DNA of 36,716 nt, from assembly GCA_039208735.1 (NCBI GenBank), contig JBCCQY010000088.1, positions 1 to 36,716 on the forward strand. Direction: 5' to 3'. Shown piece after piece: positions 16,761 through 25,757 of this stretch (positions are counted from its first letter, which is position 1; each line of letters begins with the position of its first letter). A program made the translations under genes and the position numbers. The DNA is from Myxococcota bacterium. GTDB lineage: Bacteria > Myxococcota_A > UBA796 > GCA-2862545. The notes under the pieces were generated by a model. It saw nothing but the letters and a program-made list of their open reading frames with translations. It ran no database searches and was not told the origin of the DNA.

Positions 16761-17627
16761 ATGGTTGTTTGGCTTTTGGCCGCAGTCGCGATGGGCCAGC
16801 CCTGTCCGGATCGGGACGTGCTGATCGATGGGTTGCGGGACGCGGTGAACGACCGACTCGCCGATGAAGCCGACGAGCTGCAGGACGAGCTCCTCGCCGC
16901 GTTTGGGTGTGGTGGACGAGCCCAGTCAGGTCAACTGGTCGGACTGTGGCTTGCGTTGGCCGCCCGCAGCGATCAGCGCGATGAACTCGATGAGGCCAAC
17001 GTGGCCCTGCGAGCCGCCCGACGCCTCGGTGATGCATTTGACGACGCGTACGGACCAGCGCTGCAACGTCGCTGGCAGGACGCCAACACCAACCCCATCT
17101 TGCCGAGCCGACTGGCGGTGGATGCAAGCCAGGAGACCTACCCATTGTTGCTGGTCGACGGGCTTCGATTCCAGCCACCAGGTCTGATCGAAGCCGGGTT
17201 GCACCTGGTTCAGTGGGGCAACACCGAAGACGACCTGACTGGCGCACGCATCGTACGCACCAAGGCCGATGCCATCACCACGATCGACGTTCCCTATGGC
17301 GGTGCCGAGAATGCCGTAGCGAGCCTCCGACCAGCTCCCGAACCCAAACCGCCGCGGGAACGTCGCGAGCGCCCGGAACGCACCCCGAAGCCGACCCGAA
17401 CCGACCGTCGGAGCCCCGCGTTCCTCGTCGTAGCTGGTGTGACGGGCGCTGCGGCGTTGGTCACGGCTGGCCTCACCGCCGCCACGGACCCCGATCCGGC
17501 CAACCTCGATGCTCAGCCCGAAGTGGCCCTCGGTCAGCGGTTCGATCGGCAGCGAGCGCTCGGGCTCACGTCCTTCGGACTGATGGCGGCCAGCACGGTG
17601 TCGCTGGGCATCCACATCGTTCAATGA
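16761..17627 (+). CDS. Hypothetical exported/membrane protein
   Basis: ATG 16761, short hydrophobic N-terminus, helical domain, PEGA-like beta segment (LLVDG), Pro/Arg linker, two C-terminal hydrophobic helices. Confidence 0.75.
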   Translation: MVVWLLAAVAMGQPCPDRDVLIDGLRDAVNDRLADEADELQDELLAAFGCGGRAQSGQLVGLWLALAARSDQRDELDEANVALRAARRLGDAFDDAYGPALQRRWQDANTNPILPSRLAVDASQETYPLLLVDGLRFQPPGLIEAGLHLVQWGNTEDDLTGARIVRTKADAITTIDVPYGGAENAVASLRPAPEPKPPRERRERPERTPKPTRTDRRSPAFLVVAGVTGAAALVTAGLTAATDPDPANLDAQPEVALGQRFDRQRALGLTSFGLMAASTVSLGIHIVQ

Positions 17628-17630
17628 ACC

Positions 17631-18485
17631 TCATCGGTTCAGCCAGGTAAGCACCGTTGCGTAAGGCTGGACTGCCGCCGGCCAGCGACGCCCGGCAAGC
17701 GGCACCGCAACCCCCACCTCGAACCATGCTCTTGCCGAGCGGGGACGTGCAAAACCCGCCACGCGCGCCTGAAGCAGGCTTCGACCTGGAATTCGAATGC
17801 CGAAAGAATCGACGTCGGGGAGCGCAACCAGTGCATCGACTCGCCCCAAGGCCCCCAATGTGGGCCACGGCGTCCACCCGATGAGGGCAGCGGGCCGCCA
17901 CTCATCCCCAAGATTGACCCCCGTGGTGGGATTCCGCAGGCGAATGGCGAAACTCTGCCACACTTCGACCCACCCCCAGGCATCGCCAAACCCCCACCGG
18001 ACGCCGGGGACGATGTCGAATTGACCCGTGCCCAAGGGTACATCACGGTCCTGAAAGTTCCCTGGCCCGGTGGGGATCTGGGTGAGCAAGGTGGCTGCGA
18101 TCACCCCACGACCCCATTGTCGGCCTGCCCGAAGCGTCACGCGCATGTCACCGAGGCCAAGCGCCACGGTCTCGCCAATGTCATCCTCGAACGTGGCCGA
18201 CACGACGGGTAGCTGCACGTCCACCGCGACAGACCCTGGCAGGCCTACCGTCGTCAACAACGTCGCCTGGCGTTGGGTGAACCGTCCGCCATTGACGCAA
18301 GAAAACGGCATGCGCTGCCCACCAAAGATGGGCTCGGGGCACAGTGGTCCGATGAGGCCTTGGGCTTCGCCACCCGCGAACTGCTGCTGCGCGGACAGCG
18401 ACGAGACGTTGACGCCGAGGCTCACGGTCCCGGGAGCTTCCACCCAGGGTGAGGACCATGCCACCGAAACCGACCACCAAATCAT
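17631..18485 (-). CDS. Putative outer-membrane beta-barrel (MetA-pathway/transporter-like)
   Basis: ATG 18485 (AGGA SD). GLGDMRVTLR, QIPTG, PLGTGQFD and NLGDEW motifs, alternating beta strands, terminal VLTWLNR. Confidence 0.7.
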   Translation of the reverse strand: MIWWSVSVAWSSPWVEAPGTVSLGVNVSSLSAQQQFAGGEAQGLIGPLCPEPIFGGQRMPFSCVNGGRFTQRQATLLTTVGLPGSVAVDVQLPVVSATFEDDIGETVALGLGDMRVTLRAGRQWGRGVIAATLLTQIPTGPGNFQDRDVPLGTGQFDIVPGVRWGFGDAWGWVEVWQSFAIRLRNPTTGVNLGDEWRPAALIGWTPWPTLGALGRVDALVALPDVDSFGIRIPGRSLLQARVAGFARPRSARAWFEVGVAVPLAGRRWPAAVQPYATVLTWLNR

Positions 18486-18505
18486 GAGAGCTTGTCCTGG
18501 GCTCC

Positions 18506-18533
18506 CGAAAAGCGTTTCGTGAAACGTTTCGCG
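18506..18533. promoter_or_regulatory. Palindromic operator-like site (LacI-family-like) between divergent genes
   Basis: Near-perfect 16-bp palindrome CGTGAAACGTTTCGCG (18518-18533), preceded by the related CGAAAAGCGTTTCG. Confidence 0.4.
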
Positions 18534-18590
18534 GTCCATGAAGACCGCGATCCGGGCTCCGCTTTGGGGTCCTAAACCAAGGGAGGTCTC

Positions 18591-19739
18591 TTGCGATCGC
18601 TTTCGATGATGACCGCTGCCCTGCTCGCGAGCTGCGCCCCAGCGCCGACCGGACTCGCTCCGGCCAATCCTGGGGTGGGGATCGTCGAGTCGGTCACCTA
18701 CGAAGGAGCGCCGTTTGTTCCCGGCGCCGACGATCTCGCGTTTACCGACACGACAGGCTCGAGCTTCAACCTGGCAGGGCAGGCGTTCGAGGGTCCACTC
18801 GCGGACGGCAACGTGCAGCTCGCCGTGCTGCCTGCGATCACTGCGTTCTGGTTTGCTTGGTCCACCCACCATCCGGGGGCCCGGGTCTACAACCAGGGCA
18901 TCAACAACCCCAACGATCCCCTCGTGGCCACCGAAGGTTGCGGCGTGCCCTGCAACGAGATTGCCCTGGCGTGCTCGGGGCGGGACTGCATTCCGTCGAT
19001 CGACAATCCGGATTGGCGCACCCCCGACGACACCCGACAGCTGGCCTACCTCACCCCCGATGATCGGGTGCTGGGCATCGCGAGAGGCGGCGCAGCTCGC
19101 GCTTACCCCCTCGACACCTTGTGGACGCATGAAATCGTCAACGACACCTGGGGGGATTGGAGCTTCAGCGTGACATACTGCCCGCTCACCGGCTCGGGCG
19201 TGCTCGTGGATGGCGTCCAGGATGGCAATCCGATGCGGTTTGGCGTGTCGGGCAACCTCTACAACAGCAACCTCGTGATGTACGACCGCACCACCGAGAC
19301 GTTGTACGGACAGATGCGCCTGGTCGGGTTTGCCGGTCCGCGCCTTGGCGAGCCCTTGGCCGCCGCGGGACTCATCGACACGACGTGGGGTGAATGGTTC
19401 AAGCTCTACCCGCAGACCGAGGTCCTGGGTCAGCGGCACGCTTCGACCTACCCCTACGGCGACTTCCGCGAAGACGACAACGACACCTTCCGCCAGACCA
19501 ATCCCCGACCCGACAATTTCTACCCGAACAAGGACTATGCGATCGGGCTGTCTTCGGGCGGAGAGACTGTGATTTGGGCGTTCCCCGAACTCGAAGCCAC
19601 CGTCGGCGCCCGAGGGGTCATCGAGGACGTGGTAGGCGAGCTTCCTGTGCTCGTGGCCTACGACAACACAGGCCCAACCGCGGTGGTGTTCAGCCGCCTC
19701 CACAACGGCGAAACCCTGACGTTTGCGCCACCTAAGTAG
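18591..19739 (+). CDS. DUF3179 domain lipoprotein (apparently circularly permuted)
   Basis: TTG with GGAGG SD, LLASC lipobox. IPSIDNP, RAYPL...HEIVND, VTYCPLTGSG, FGVSGNLYNSNLVMYDRTTET, TTWGEW. Confidence 0.9.
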   Translation: MRSLSMMTAALLASCAPAPTGLAPANPGVGIVESVTYEGAPFVPGADDLAFTDTTGSSFNLAGQAFEGPLADGNVQLAVLPAITAFWFAWSTHHPGARVYNQGINNPNDPLVATEGCGVPCNEIALACSGRDCIPSIDNPDWRTPDDTRQLAYLTPDDRVLGIARGGAARAYPLDTLWTHEIVNDTWGDWSFSVTYCPLTGSGVLVDGVQDGNPMRFGVSGNLYNSNLVMYDRTTETLYGQMRLVGFAGPRLGEPLAAAGLIDTTWGEWFKLYPQTEVLGQRHASTYPYGDFREDDNDTFRQTNPRPDNFYPNKDYAIGLSSGGETVIWAFPELEATVGARGVIEDVVGELPVLVAYDNTGPTAVVFSRLHNGETLTFAPPK

Positions 19740-19810
19740 GGACGGCCTACAGGATTCCTCCCTTCTGCCGATCCGGAGCCCCGGTGAGGGGAAAGGAACG
19801 GAGGAATCCG

Positions 19811-21019
19811 ATGCCTCGGGGCTTCCACGGTTGGGTCATCGCGATGGTGGGGTGTGCAAGCCCCATGACCAAGGCCGAACGCGCCCTCGACAAGTTTGCC
19901 GATGGCGAAACGACGGCATGGCATGAGGCCCGGTACGCCGTCGAATCTGCAATCCTGGACCCCCAGCTCCGCCATGAGCCCGAGACGTGGGCCATCCGGG
20001 GCCAGGTCTACCTCACACAGGTTGGCGATCCCTTGCTCGCAGCCCTGGCCGCGGATCCCCTCGAGCTGTCGTTGCGAAGCTACGAAGCGGCCGCCGAGTT
20101 GGGAGCCGACGAGCCGTTGAAGGCACGCATGCGGGCGGAAGTGCCCGCGCTCGAAGCGGTGGTTCAACAACGACTCGCTCACCACGTAACGGTGCGGAAC
20201 TGGCTCAGTGCAGCCGAAGAACTCCAGCTTGCCCAGCGGGTTCACCGCGTGAACCTCTCGATCGGCACGGGCGACATCGAACGCGAGATCGCCCTACGGC
20301 GGCTTGCTTGTCGGGTCGAAGCGGAAGCCGGTGACGTCGAGCGGGCCGCAGACCACTACGAAGCGCTGGTCGCCATCACCCAAGCCCACGAGATGCCGCT
20401 TGCGCTCGATGTGATTCTTGCCCTGAAGGATCGCGGCCGCCCGAAAAGGGCTCGAGCCTTGGCCTTAGCCGCCAGCACCGCGCTTCCCGACCACCTCGAT
20501 CTGTTCGAAGTTCGGGTCGGGTTGGTGTTCGATCTGGGCGATCCCGTGATGGCTAAGGCGACCGTCGATGAACGGCGCGAAGCGCTGTCCGCCTCCGCGG
20601 AGGGCGCGCTCCGAGCCGCTTCGTTGTACCAACGCATCGACGCGAGCGGGCTTGCCCGAATGATGTGGTCGCGGGTGATCGAGCTTCAGCCCGATCACTT
20701 CACCGCCCGCCTCGCGTTGGGTCAATCGATAATGCGCCATGCTGGGGCCATGCGAACGACCTTTCGCTCGGAGGCGGGTCCGATGTCTCGGGCGTTGTGG
20801 CGAAGCCTCGAGGAACTGTGGCGACAAGCCGAGGCCCACCTTCAGCACGCCCATCGCATCGAACCCGCACGCGGGGCTCCGCTCGAGTCTCTGGTCCAAC
20901 TCTACGCGGACAAATGGGCGGGGATCGACCCGGCGGCGCTATCGCCCGAGGATCGCGATGCCTTCGAGGCCGATCAGGTACGCCGAAGCTCCGCCGAGGC
21001 CATGCTCGCCGTCCCCTGA
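19811..21019 (+). CDS. Tetratricopeptide-repeat protein, possible lipoprotein
   Basis: ATG 19811 (GGAGGA SD), AMVGC, TPR-like units (PETWAIRGQVY; VIELQPDHFTARLALG; AHRIEP). Confidence 0.75.
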   Translation: MPRGFHGWVIAMVGCASPMTKAERALDKFADGETTAWHEARYAVESAILDPQLRHEPETWAIRGQVYLTQVGDPLLAALAADPLELSLRSYEAAAELGADEPLKARMRAEVPALEAVVQQRLAHHVTVRNWLSAAEELQLAQRVHRVNLSIGTGDIEREIALRRLACRVEAEAGDVERAADHYEALVAITQAHEMPLALDVILALKDRGRPKRARALALAASTALPDHLDLFEVRVGLVFDLGDPVMAKATVDERREALSASAEGALRAASLYQRIDASGLARMMWSRVIELQPDHFTARLALGQSIMRHAGAMRTTFRSEAGPMSRALWRSLEELWRQAEAHLQHAHRIEPARGAPLESLVQLYADKWAGIDPAALSPEDRDAFEADQVRRSSAEAMLAVP

Positions 21020-21074
21020 AAGCCACCCGGTCGTCACGAGGCTACAAGGGCTCGCGAACCTGGGAGATGCCGCG

Positions 21075-21938
21075 ATGGCGCGTGAACCGGAGAGCTTCCG
21101 CATCGAACTGCCGGGCGGCACCCCAACCCGTGCGCTGATCTGGCCAGGGGCTGAGGAAGCCGAGACCGCGCTCCTCATCCACCACGGATTGGGGGAACAC
21201 GCCGGCCGGTACCAAGCCTACGCCGACGGGCTTCCAAGCACGTTGCCCATCGTGGCCTACGATGTCCGAGGGCACGGAGAGGCCGAGGGGCCGCGTGGGG
21301 TCGTGCGAGGCCTCACCCAGTTGGCGAGCGATCTGCACGCGGTGATGCCGAAGCTGCTGCGCCGCTCTGGTGCCTCTAAAGCGGTGCTGTTCGGTCATTC
21401 CATGGGGGCCGGCGCAGTCGGCCACTACCTCACCACCCATGAAGTCCACGACTTCGTGTCGGGGGTTTGGTTGTCGGGCGTACCCACCAAGGTGGACCTG
21501 GACTTCGTACGTCGAATCCAGCGGTTTGCGGCTCGGCTGCTCGACGGGTTGGCACCAGACGTCACCCTCCCCACGAACCTTGATGCAAACGGCATCTCGA
21601 GCGTTCCCGCCGAAATTGAACGCTACCGAAACGATCCACTGGTCCACGACCAGGCATCGGTCGCCCTGGGTCGTTCGCTGTTTGACGATCCCCCCAAGCT
21701 GCTCGAACGAGGGCATCTTTTGACCATGCCGTTGTACTTGTTCCACGGCAAGGACGACACGATTGTCAACGTCGCGGGAACCCCGGCGCTCTTTGATGTG
21801 ATCGCGTCGTCCGACAAGACCATGAACATCATCGAGTCGGCTCGCCACGAGACCCATCATGAGACCGAGGCGATCGTGACCGAACTGATGGGCAAACTCA
21901 CCGCGTGGCTTCAAGACCACGGCGCAGTCGCCAACTGA
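21075..21938 (+). CDS. Alpha/beta hydrolase, lysophospholipase/monoacylglycerol lipase family
   Basis: HGLGEHAGRY, YDVRGHG, nucleophile GHSMG, DPLVH, HGKDD, RHE. ATG 21075 with GGGAG SD. Confidence 0.92.
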   Translation: MAREPESFRIELPGGTPTRALIWPGAEEAETALLIHHGLGEHAGRYQAYADGLPSTLPIVAYDVRGHGEAEGPRGVVRGLTQLASDLHAVMPKLLRRSGASKAVLFGHSMGAGAVGHYLTTHEVHDFVSGVWLSGVPTKVDLDFVRRIQRFAARLLDGLAPDVTLPTNLDANGISSVPAEIERYRNDPLVHDQASVALGRSLFDDPPKLLERGHLLTMPLYLFHGKDDTIVNVAGTPALFDVIASSDKTMNIIESARHETHHETEAIVTELMGKLTAWLQDHGAVAN

Positions 21939-21973
21939 ACCACCAGCGTGTACCGTCGAAGGGGAGGACCGGC

Positions 21974-23242
21974 ATGATGTGGTGGATGGGGCTCGGCCTG
22001 TTTCCCGGCTCGGCCATCGCCCAAAGCTACGATGATCTCCAGCTCAGCGTGGAGCCCATCTCGTTGTCCAGCACCGCAGCTGCGGCACGACAGCCTGGAC
22101 TAGTGGCAGAAGCCCAGCTCAGCACGTTGCGTCTTGGCAACCCGGTGCCCAGCCTCGGCATTCTGCCCGTGGTGCCTCGCTTGTGGATCGGGGTGGTGGA
22201 AGACACCAAATCCCGCATTCAGTGGTCGCTCGGGCTGCAAGGTGCGGTCCTCGCACCGATCCAATCCGGTGCTTTCGGGAGCGGAGCTGGCGTTCAGGGG
22301 GGCATCGCGTTCCCGGGGCTATCGGAGCGCCTCTGGACCGGAATCGACATCGACGTTGGTCGGTTCGATTTCACGACGGATGACGGGCGCATCCGCCAAT
22401 TCGGCTTTGGTCTTGGCTACATCGTGGCGGGGCGCGTCAGCGACCGTGTCTCCATCTTTGGCCAGTTCTCAGGTCGGCTAAATCGCATTGTTGACGACAC
22501 CATCGGGGGCGACCAGACGCTTCGCCTCGAGCCTCGAGCGATGCTTGGCGGTTCGTGGCACGACAAACGCAACTTCGTCTACTCGCTTGGTCTTCGCGCC
22601 GGGCTCCGTGATTCGCTTGAAAACCGGTTCCCGCTCGCCCTCGTGGTGTCTGTGGGCATGAGGGTCGGCCAGGTGGACTCGCTCGAAGACCCGAACGTGT
22701 CGACCGATGCGCCCCCCGAAACGCAAGAGCCCACCACCCCTTCGACGGCGTTGCCAAGCCACCCACAGCTGTTTTGCGATCCGGGGACCCTGCCCGTAGG
22801 CGTCCCCCCTCCGCGTGGCCGGGAGGCCTGGTGTGCCATCGAGGATGACCAGGGGCGCCTTGTGCGCGACGGGCTCTACCTTCGCTGGCACACGCCCGAC
22901 ACGATCGCCGAACGAGGCCAGTACCAGGACGATCGGCGCACCGGAGAATGGGTGTTGCACGCGCCGAACGGCGTGTTGATCGGTCGCGGGCCCTACCTCG
23001 ACGGCGAACGCCACGGCCTTTGGATGACCTGGTTCGACAGCGGCGAGATGGCCTCGCAGGGGTCTTGGTACAAGGGTGTACCAGATGGCGAGTGGGCCTA
23101 CTTCACGAAGTCGGGTACTCGGATTGAAGGTCGATGGGATCGGGGCGTTCGTGACGGCGAATGGCTTGACTACGACACCACCGGAACCGTCATCCGACGG
23201 CGCGAGTTCCTTTCGGGGCAACTGATCCAGTCCCCCGAATAA
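21974..23242 (+). CDS. Exported protein: beta-strand-rich N-domain, Pro/Thr linker, MORN-variant (YwqK-like) repeats
   Basis: ATG 21974 (GGAGG SD), signal ending AIA. C-terminal GQYQDDRRTGEW, GPYLDGERHGLW, GSWYKGVPDGEW and GRWDRGVRDGEW repeats. Confidence 0.8.
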   Translation: MMWWMGLGLFPGSAIAQSYDDLQLSVEPISLSSTAAAARQPGLVAEAQLSTLRLGNPVPSLGILPVVPRLWIGVVEDTKSRIQWSLGLQGAVLAPIQSGAFGSGAGVQGGIAFPGLSERLWTGIDIDVGRFDFTTDDGRIRQFGFGLGYIVAGRVSDRVSIFGQFSGRLNRIVDDTIGGDQTLRLEPRAMLGGSWHDKRNFVYSLGLRAGLRDSLENRFPLALVVSVGMRVGQVDSLEDPNVSTDAPPETQEPTTPSTALPSHPQLFCDPGTLPVGVPPPRGREAWCAIEDDQGRLVRDGLYLRWHTPDTIAERGQYQDDRRTGEWVLHAPNGVLIGRGPYLDGERHGLWMTWFDSGEMASQGSWYKGVPDGEWAYFTKSGTRIEGRWDRGVRDGEWLDYDTTGTVIRRREFLSGQLIQSPE

Positions 23243-23489
23243 ACGAGTATTCATAACGAACGGCGACGCAGCGTGGCATCTCGTGAGGGCCAGGATCTGC
23301 GCGGTTGCGGTTTCCTAAGTGTGAGGGCGCGGAACATCCCGGCAAATTTCGGGGGCCATGCCTTGTCACGGAATGTCGCATTTTCGATCGCACTCGCAAC
23401 CGGGGAGGATCCTCCACCGATCAGCGAGGGGTCGGGAACGAAGGGTTCGGACGTTCCGGCATTGACTTTGTAACCCTCAGGAGAACGTC

Positions 23490-24482
23490 ATGGCCCCATT
23501 CAAGACGCCACGCCGAGGAAGCCGTTGGACGGCGGAAGAGGAAAAAGAGGCGGGCCGGGCGATTCGGCAAGCCGAAGCTCGGGCCCTACATGCGATCGAG
23601 AGCATCGAATTCGCAGCCGAGATCCTGGCTCGAACGCCACGGCGGGCGGAGAAGACGAAGGCAGGGGCCGTCAGTCGACTCGAAGAGGCCATTGAAGCGG
23701 TTTTTACGGCTTCCAGGTCGGATTCAGCCCTTCGCGAGGCTGCAGGCAAGGCGAAGGCGGCTTGGGAAGAAGCCGAGATGCATCGCTGGAGCCTGGCCAT
23801 GTCGGGCAAGCGCATCGCACATGGCGAGGCCCGCAAGCTAGCTGGGCCGTTCATGGATGAGGCGGATCTGGTTCAGGAGGGCTACATCGGGCTGCTTCGG
23901 GCCGCCAAGCGCTTCGATCCGGACCGGAAGATCCGCTTCAGCACTTATGCACGGTGGTGGGTCCGCGCCCAAATGACGCGCGCGATCGACCACAACGGAC
24001 GGCCCGTGCGCCTGCCGGGGGGCGCCGTCGAGCAGACGCGCAACCTGCGTAAGGTGATTCAGGAGTTTGAACTTGCCGGTCAGGACTACTCGATCGCGGA
24101 CCTCGCCCGTGAGGTTGGCATCGAGGAGCGACGCGCCCGCTTCCTCCTGCAGCAGGGCAAGACGGTGTCTCTCGACGAACCGGTTGAAGAGGGTCCACGG
24201 CAGCGAAGCTTGGACTACTTCCTGGAGGACGACGAGGCGATCGATCCCGAGGACGAAGCAATCCGGATTCAGGAACTGTCGCGACTCCGCATTGCGCTTA
24301 GTGAGGTACTCACCGATCGTCATCGGCACGTGCTTGCGCGTCGGTACGGACTCGAGGACGACCACTTCCGTACCCTTTCAGAAGTCGGCGAAGGCTTGAA
24401 CCTGTCTCGCGAACGGGTCCGTCAGATCGAGCGGGAAGCGCTGGGCCGGCTCAAGGATGCGGAAATCCGCGAGGTCGCTTAG
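23490..24482 (+). CDS. RNA polymerase sigma70-family factor (RpoD/SigA-like, no region 1.1; alternative sigma)
   Basis: Region 2 DLVQEGYIGLLRAAKRFDP...RFSTYARWW, region 3 SLDEPV, region 4 RTLSEVGEGLNLSRERVRQIE. AGGAG SD. Confidence 0.95.
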   Translation: MAPFKTPRRGSRWTAEEEKEAGRAIRQAEARALHAIESIEFAAEILARTPRRAEKTKAGAVSRLEEAIEAVFTASRSDSALREAAGKAKAAWEEAEMHRWSLAMSGKRIAHGEARKLAGPFMDEADLVQEGYIGLLRAAKRFDPDRKIRFSTYARWWVRAQMTRAIDHNGRPVRLPGGAVEQTRNLRKVIQEFELAGQDYSIADLAREVGIEERRARFLLQQGKTVSLDEPVEEGPRQRSLDYFLEDDEAIDPEDEAIRIQELSRLRIALSEVLTDRHRHVLARRYGLEDDHFRTLSEVGEGLNLSRERVRQIEREALGRLKDAEIREVA

Positions 24483-24491
24483 CCCTCCCAG

Positions 24492-25757
24492 GTGATTCGC
24501 GCGTCCCTTACGATCATCGCGGGTCGCCTCCTCGCGGGAGCGGCCAACCTCACCGTGGTGGCGTGGCTCACCCAGCTCTTGTCCCAGGGCGACCTTGGCC
24601 GCTATGGCGCCATCCTGGCCCTCGCAAGTGCAGGATCCGTGTTTGCCGACATGGGCCAACGGATCTACCTCACCCGCACGCTGCCCTTAGTTCGTGACCC
24701 CTGGCCCCTGGTGCGCCGATCGCTCACCGGGGTGGTCGGCGTGGCGTCCGTGCTTGGACTGCTTTGGATGGGACTGGGTTCGTCCCTCGATGGCCTGGCT
24801 CACGCGGCCATCGGGTCTGCCCTGCTGGGATTGCTTGGATTGAACCTTGCGCTAGTCGGAGCCCTCGCCGGAACTGGGCGCGTGGTTTGGGGCGGACTCG
24901 CCCACGTTGCCTTCCGCCCCCTCGGACTGCTGCTGGTGCTCTGGCTGGTGAGCCAGTGGTCGCCCATCGACGTGACAACCGCGCTGCTGGCGCAACTCGG
25001 TGCCATCGCCCTTAGCGTGTTCATCGCCGCCCACGCCTTGCGTTGGGCGCGTCAATCGCCCCTCCCACCCACCTCGACGCCGCCTGCGCCGTGGTTGTCG
25101 ACGTCGTTGCCGCTGATGATCCTTGGGGGTCTCGGCGTGTTGTCGTTCCAAGTCGACGTGCTGATCGTGCGGTGGGTCGATTCGCCAGAAGGGGCCGGCA
25201 TCTACTTCAACGCCACGGCCCTGGCGGTTGTGCCCTCCTATGCCCTGGGAGCCGCCAACAGCGTCATCATGCCCCAGGTGTCGCGAGCATGGGCTGAGCA
25301 ACGCCTGGCCGACGTCCACGTGGTCTTGGGAAAGAGCCTGCGGCTGGCGTTGATCGGATGGGCACCGGCCGTCGTGGGCGTCGTGACTGTGTTTCAGCTT
25401 GGGGTCGACCTCGGTTGGACCTTTGCTGAAGGACTGCCGATCCTCATCGTGCTGCTTGTGGGTCAGTCGATCAATGTGTGGTGTGGTTCAGTTGGGGCAA
25501 CCCTGCTGATGTCCGGCCATGAACGTTTGGTTGCCACAACCTACGCCGGCACCTTGCTCCTGAACGTGGCCATCTCGATCGTCTTGGTGCCCCTCGTGGG
25601 GCCGGTGGGTGCGGCCATCGGCACCGCCAGTGCAGTCTCGGCATGGAACCTCTGGCTCGTCGCAACCCTGCGGGCTCGGGTGGGGGTCGACACGAGCATC
25701 GCCCGCCACCTCTGGCCCCTTCCGATCAGCGCACCGAGCCCGAACCGGTCGTCGTGA
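24492..25757 (+). CDS. Wzx/MOP-superfamily oligosaccharide flippase (polysaccharide biosynthesis protein)
   Basis: About 12 TM segments; LSQGDLGRY, QVDVLIV...AGIYFNA, LLMSGHER, LVPLVGPVGAAIGT. Confidence 0.88.
   Translation: MIRASLTIIAGRLLAGAANLTVVAWLTQLLSQGDLGRYGAILALASAGSVFADMGQRIYLTRTLPLVRDPWPLVRRSLTGVVGVASVLGLLWMGLGSSLDGLAHAAIGSALLGLLGLNLALVGALAGTGRVVWGGLAHVAFRPLGLLLVLWLVSQWSPIDVTTALLAQLGAIALSVFIAAHALRWARQSPLPPTSTPPAPWLSTSLPLMILGGLGVLSFQVDVLIVRWVDSPEGAGIYFNATALAVVPSYALGAANSVIMPQVSRAWAEQRLADVHVVLGKSLRLALIGWAPAVVGVVTVFQLGVDLGWTFAEGLPILIVLLVGQSINVWCGSVGATLLMSGHERLVATTYAGTLLLNVAISIVLVPLVGPVGAAIGTASAVSAWNLWLVATLRARVGVDTSIARHLWPLPISAPSPNRSS

Noticed and set aside
18486..19703. 690-aa ORF extension antisense to DUF3179 (likewise 14060-15949, 16675-17247, 30546-32228)
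   Set aside because: Stop-poor shadow frames, expected at high GC opposite well-supported genes.
19737..19790. Stop read-through or selenocysteine extension of DUF3179
   Set aside because: The stop is TAG and the read-through peptide (GRPTGFLPSADPEPR) does not resemble the family C-terminus.
23457..23472. sigma54-like CGGCATTGACTTTGTA upstream of the sigma gene
   Set aside because: Has GT rather than GC at -12, and the predicted +1 (about 23483) would cut off the AGGAG SD.
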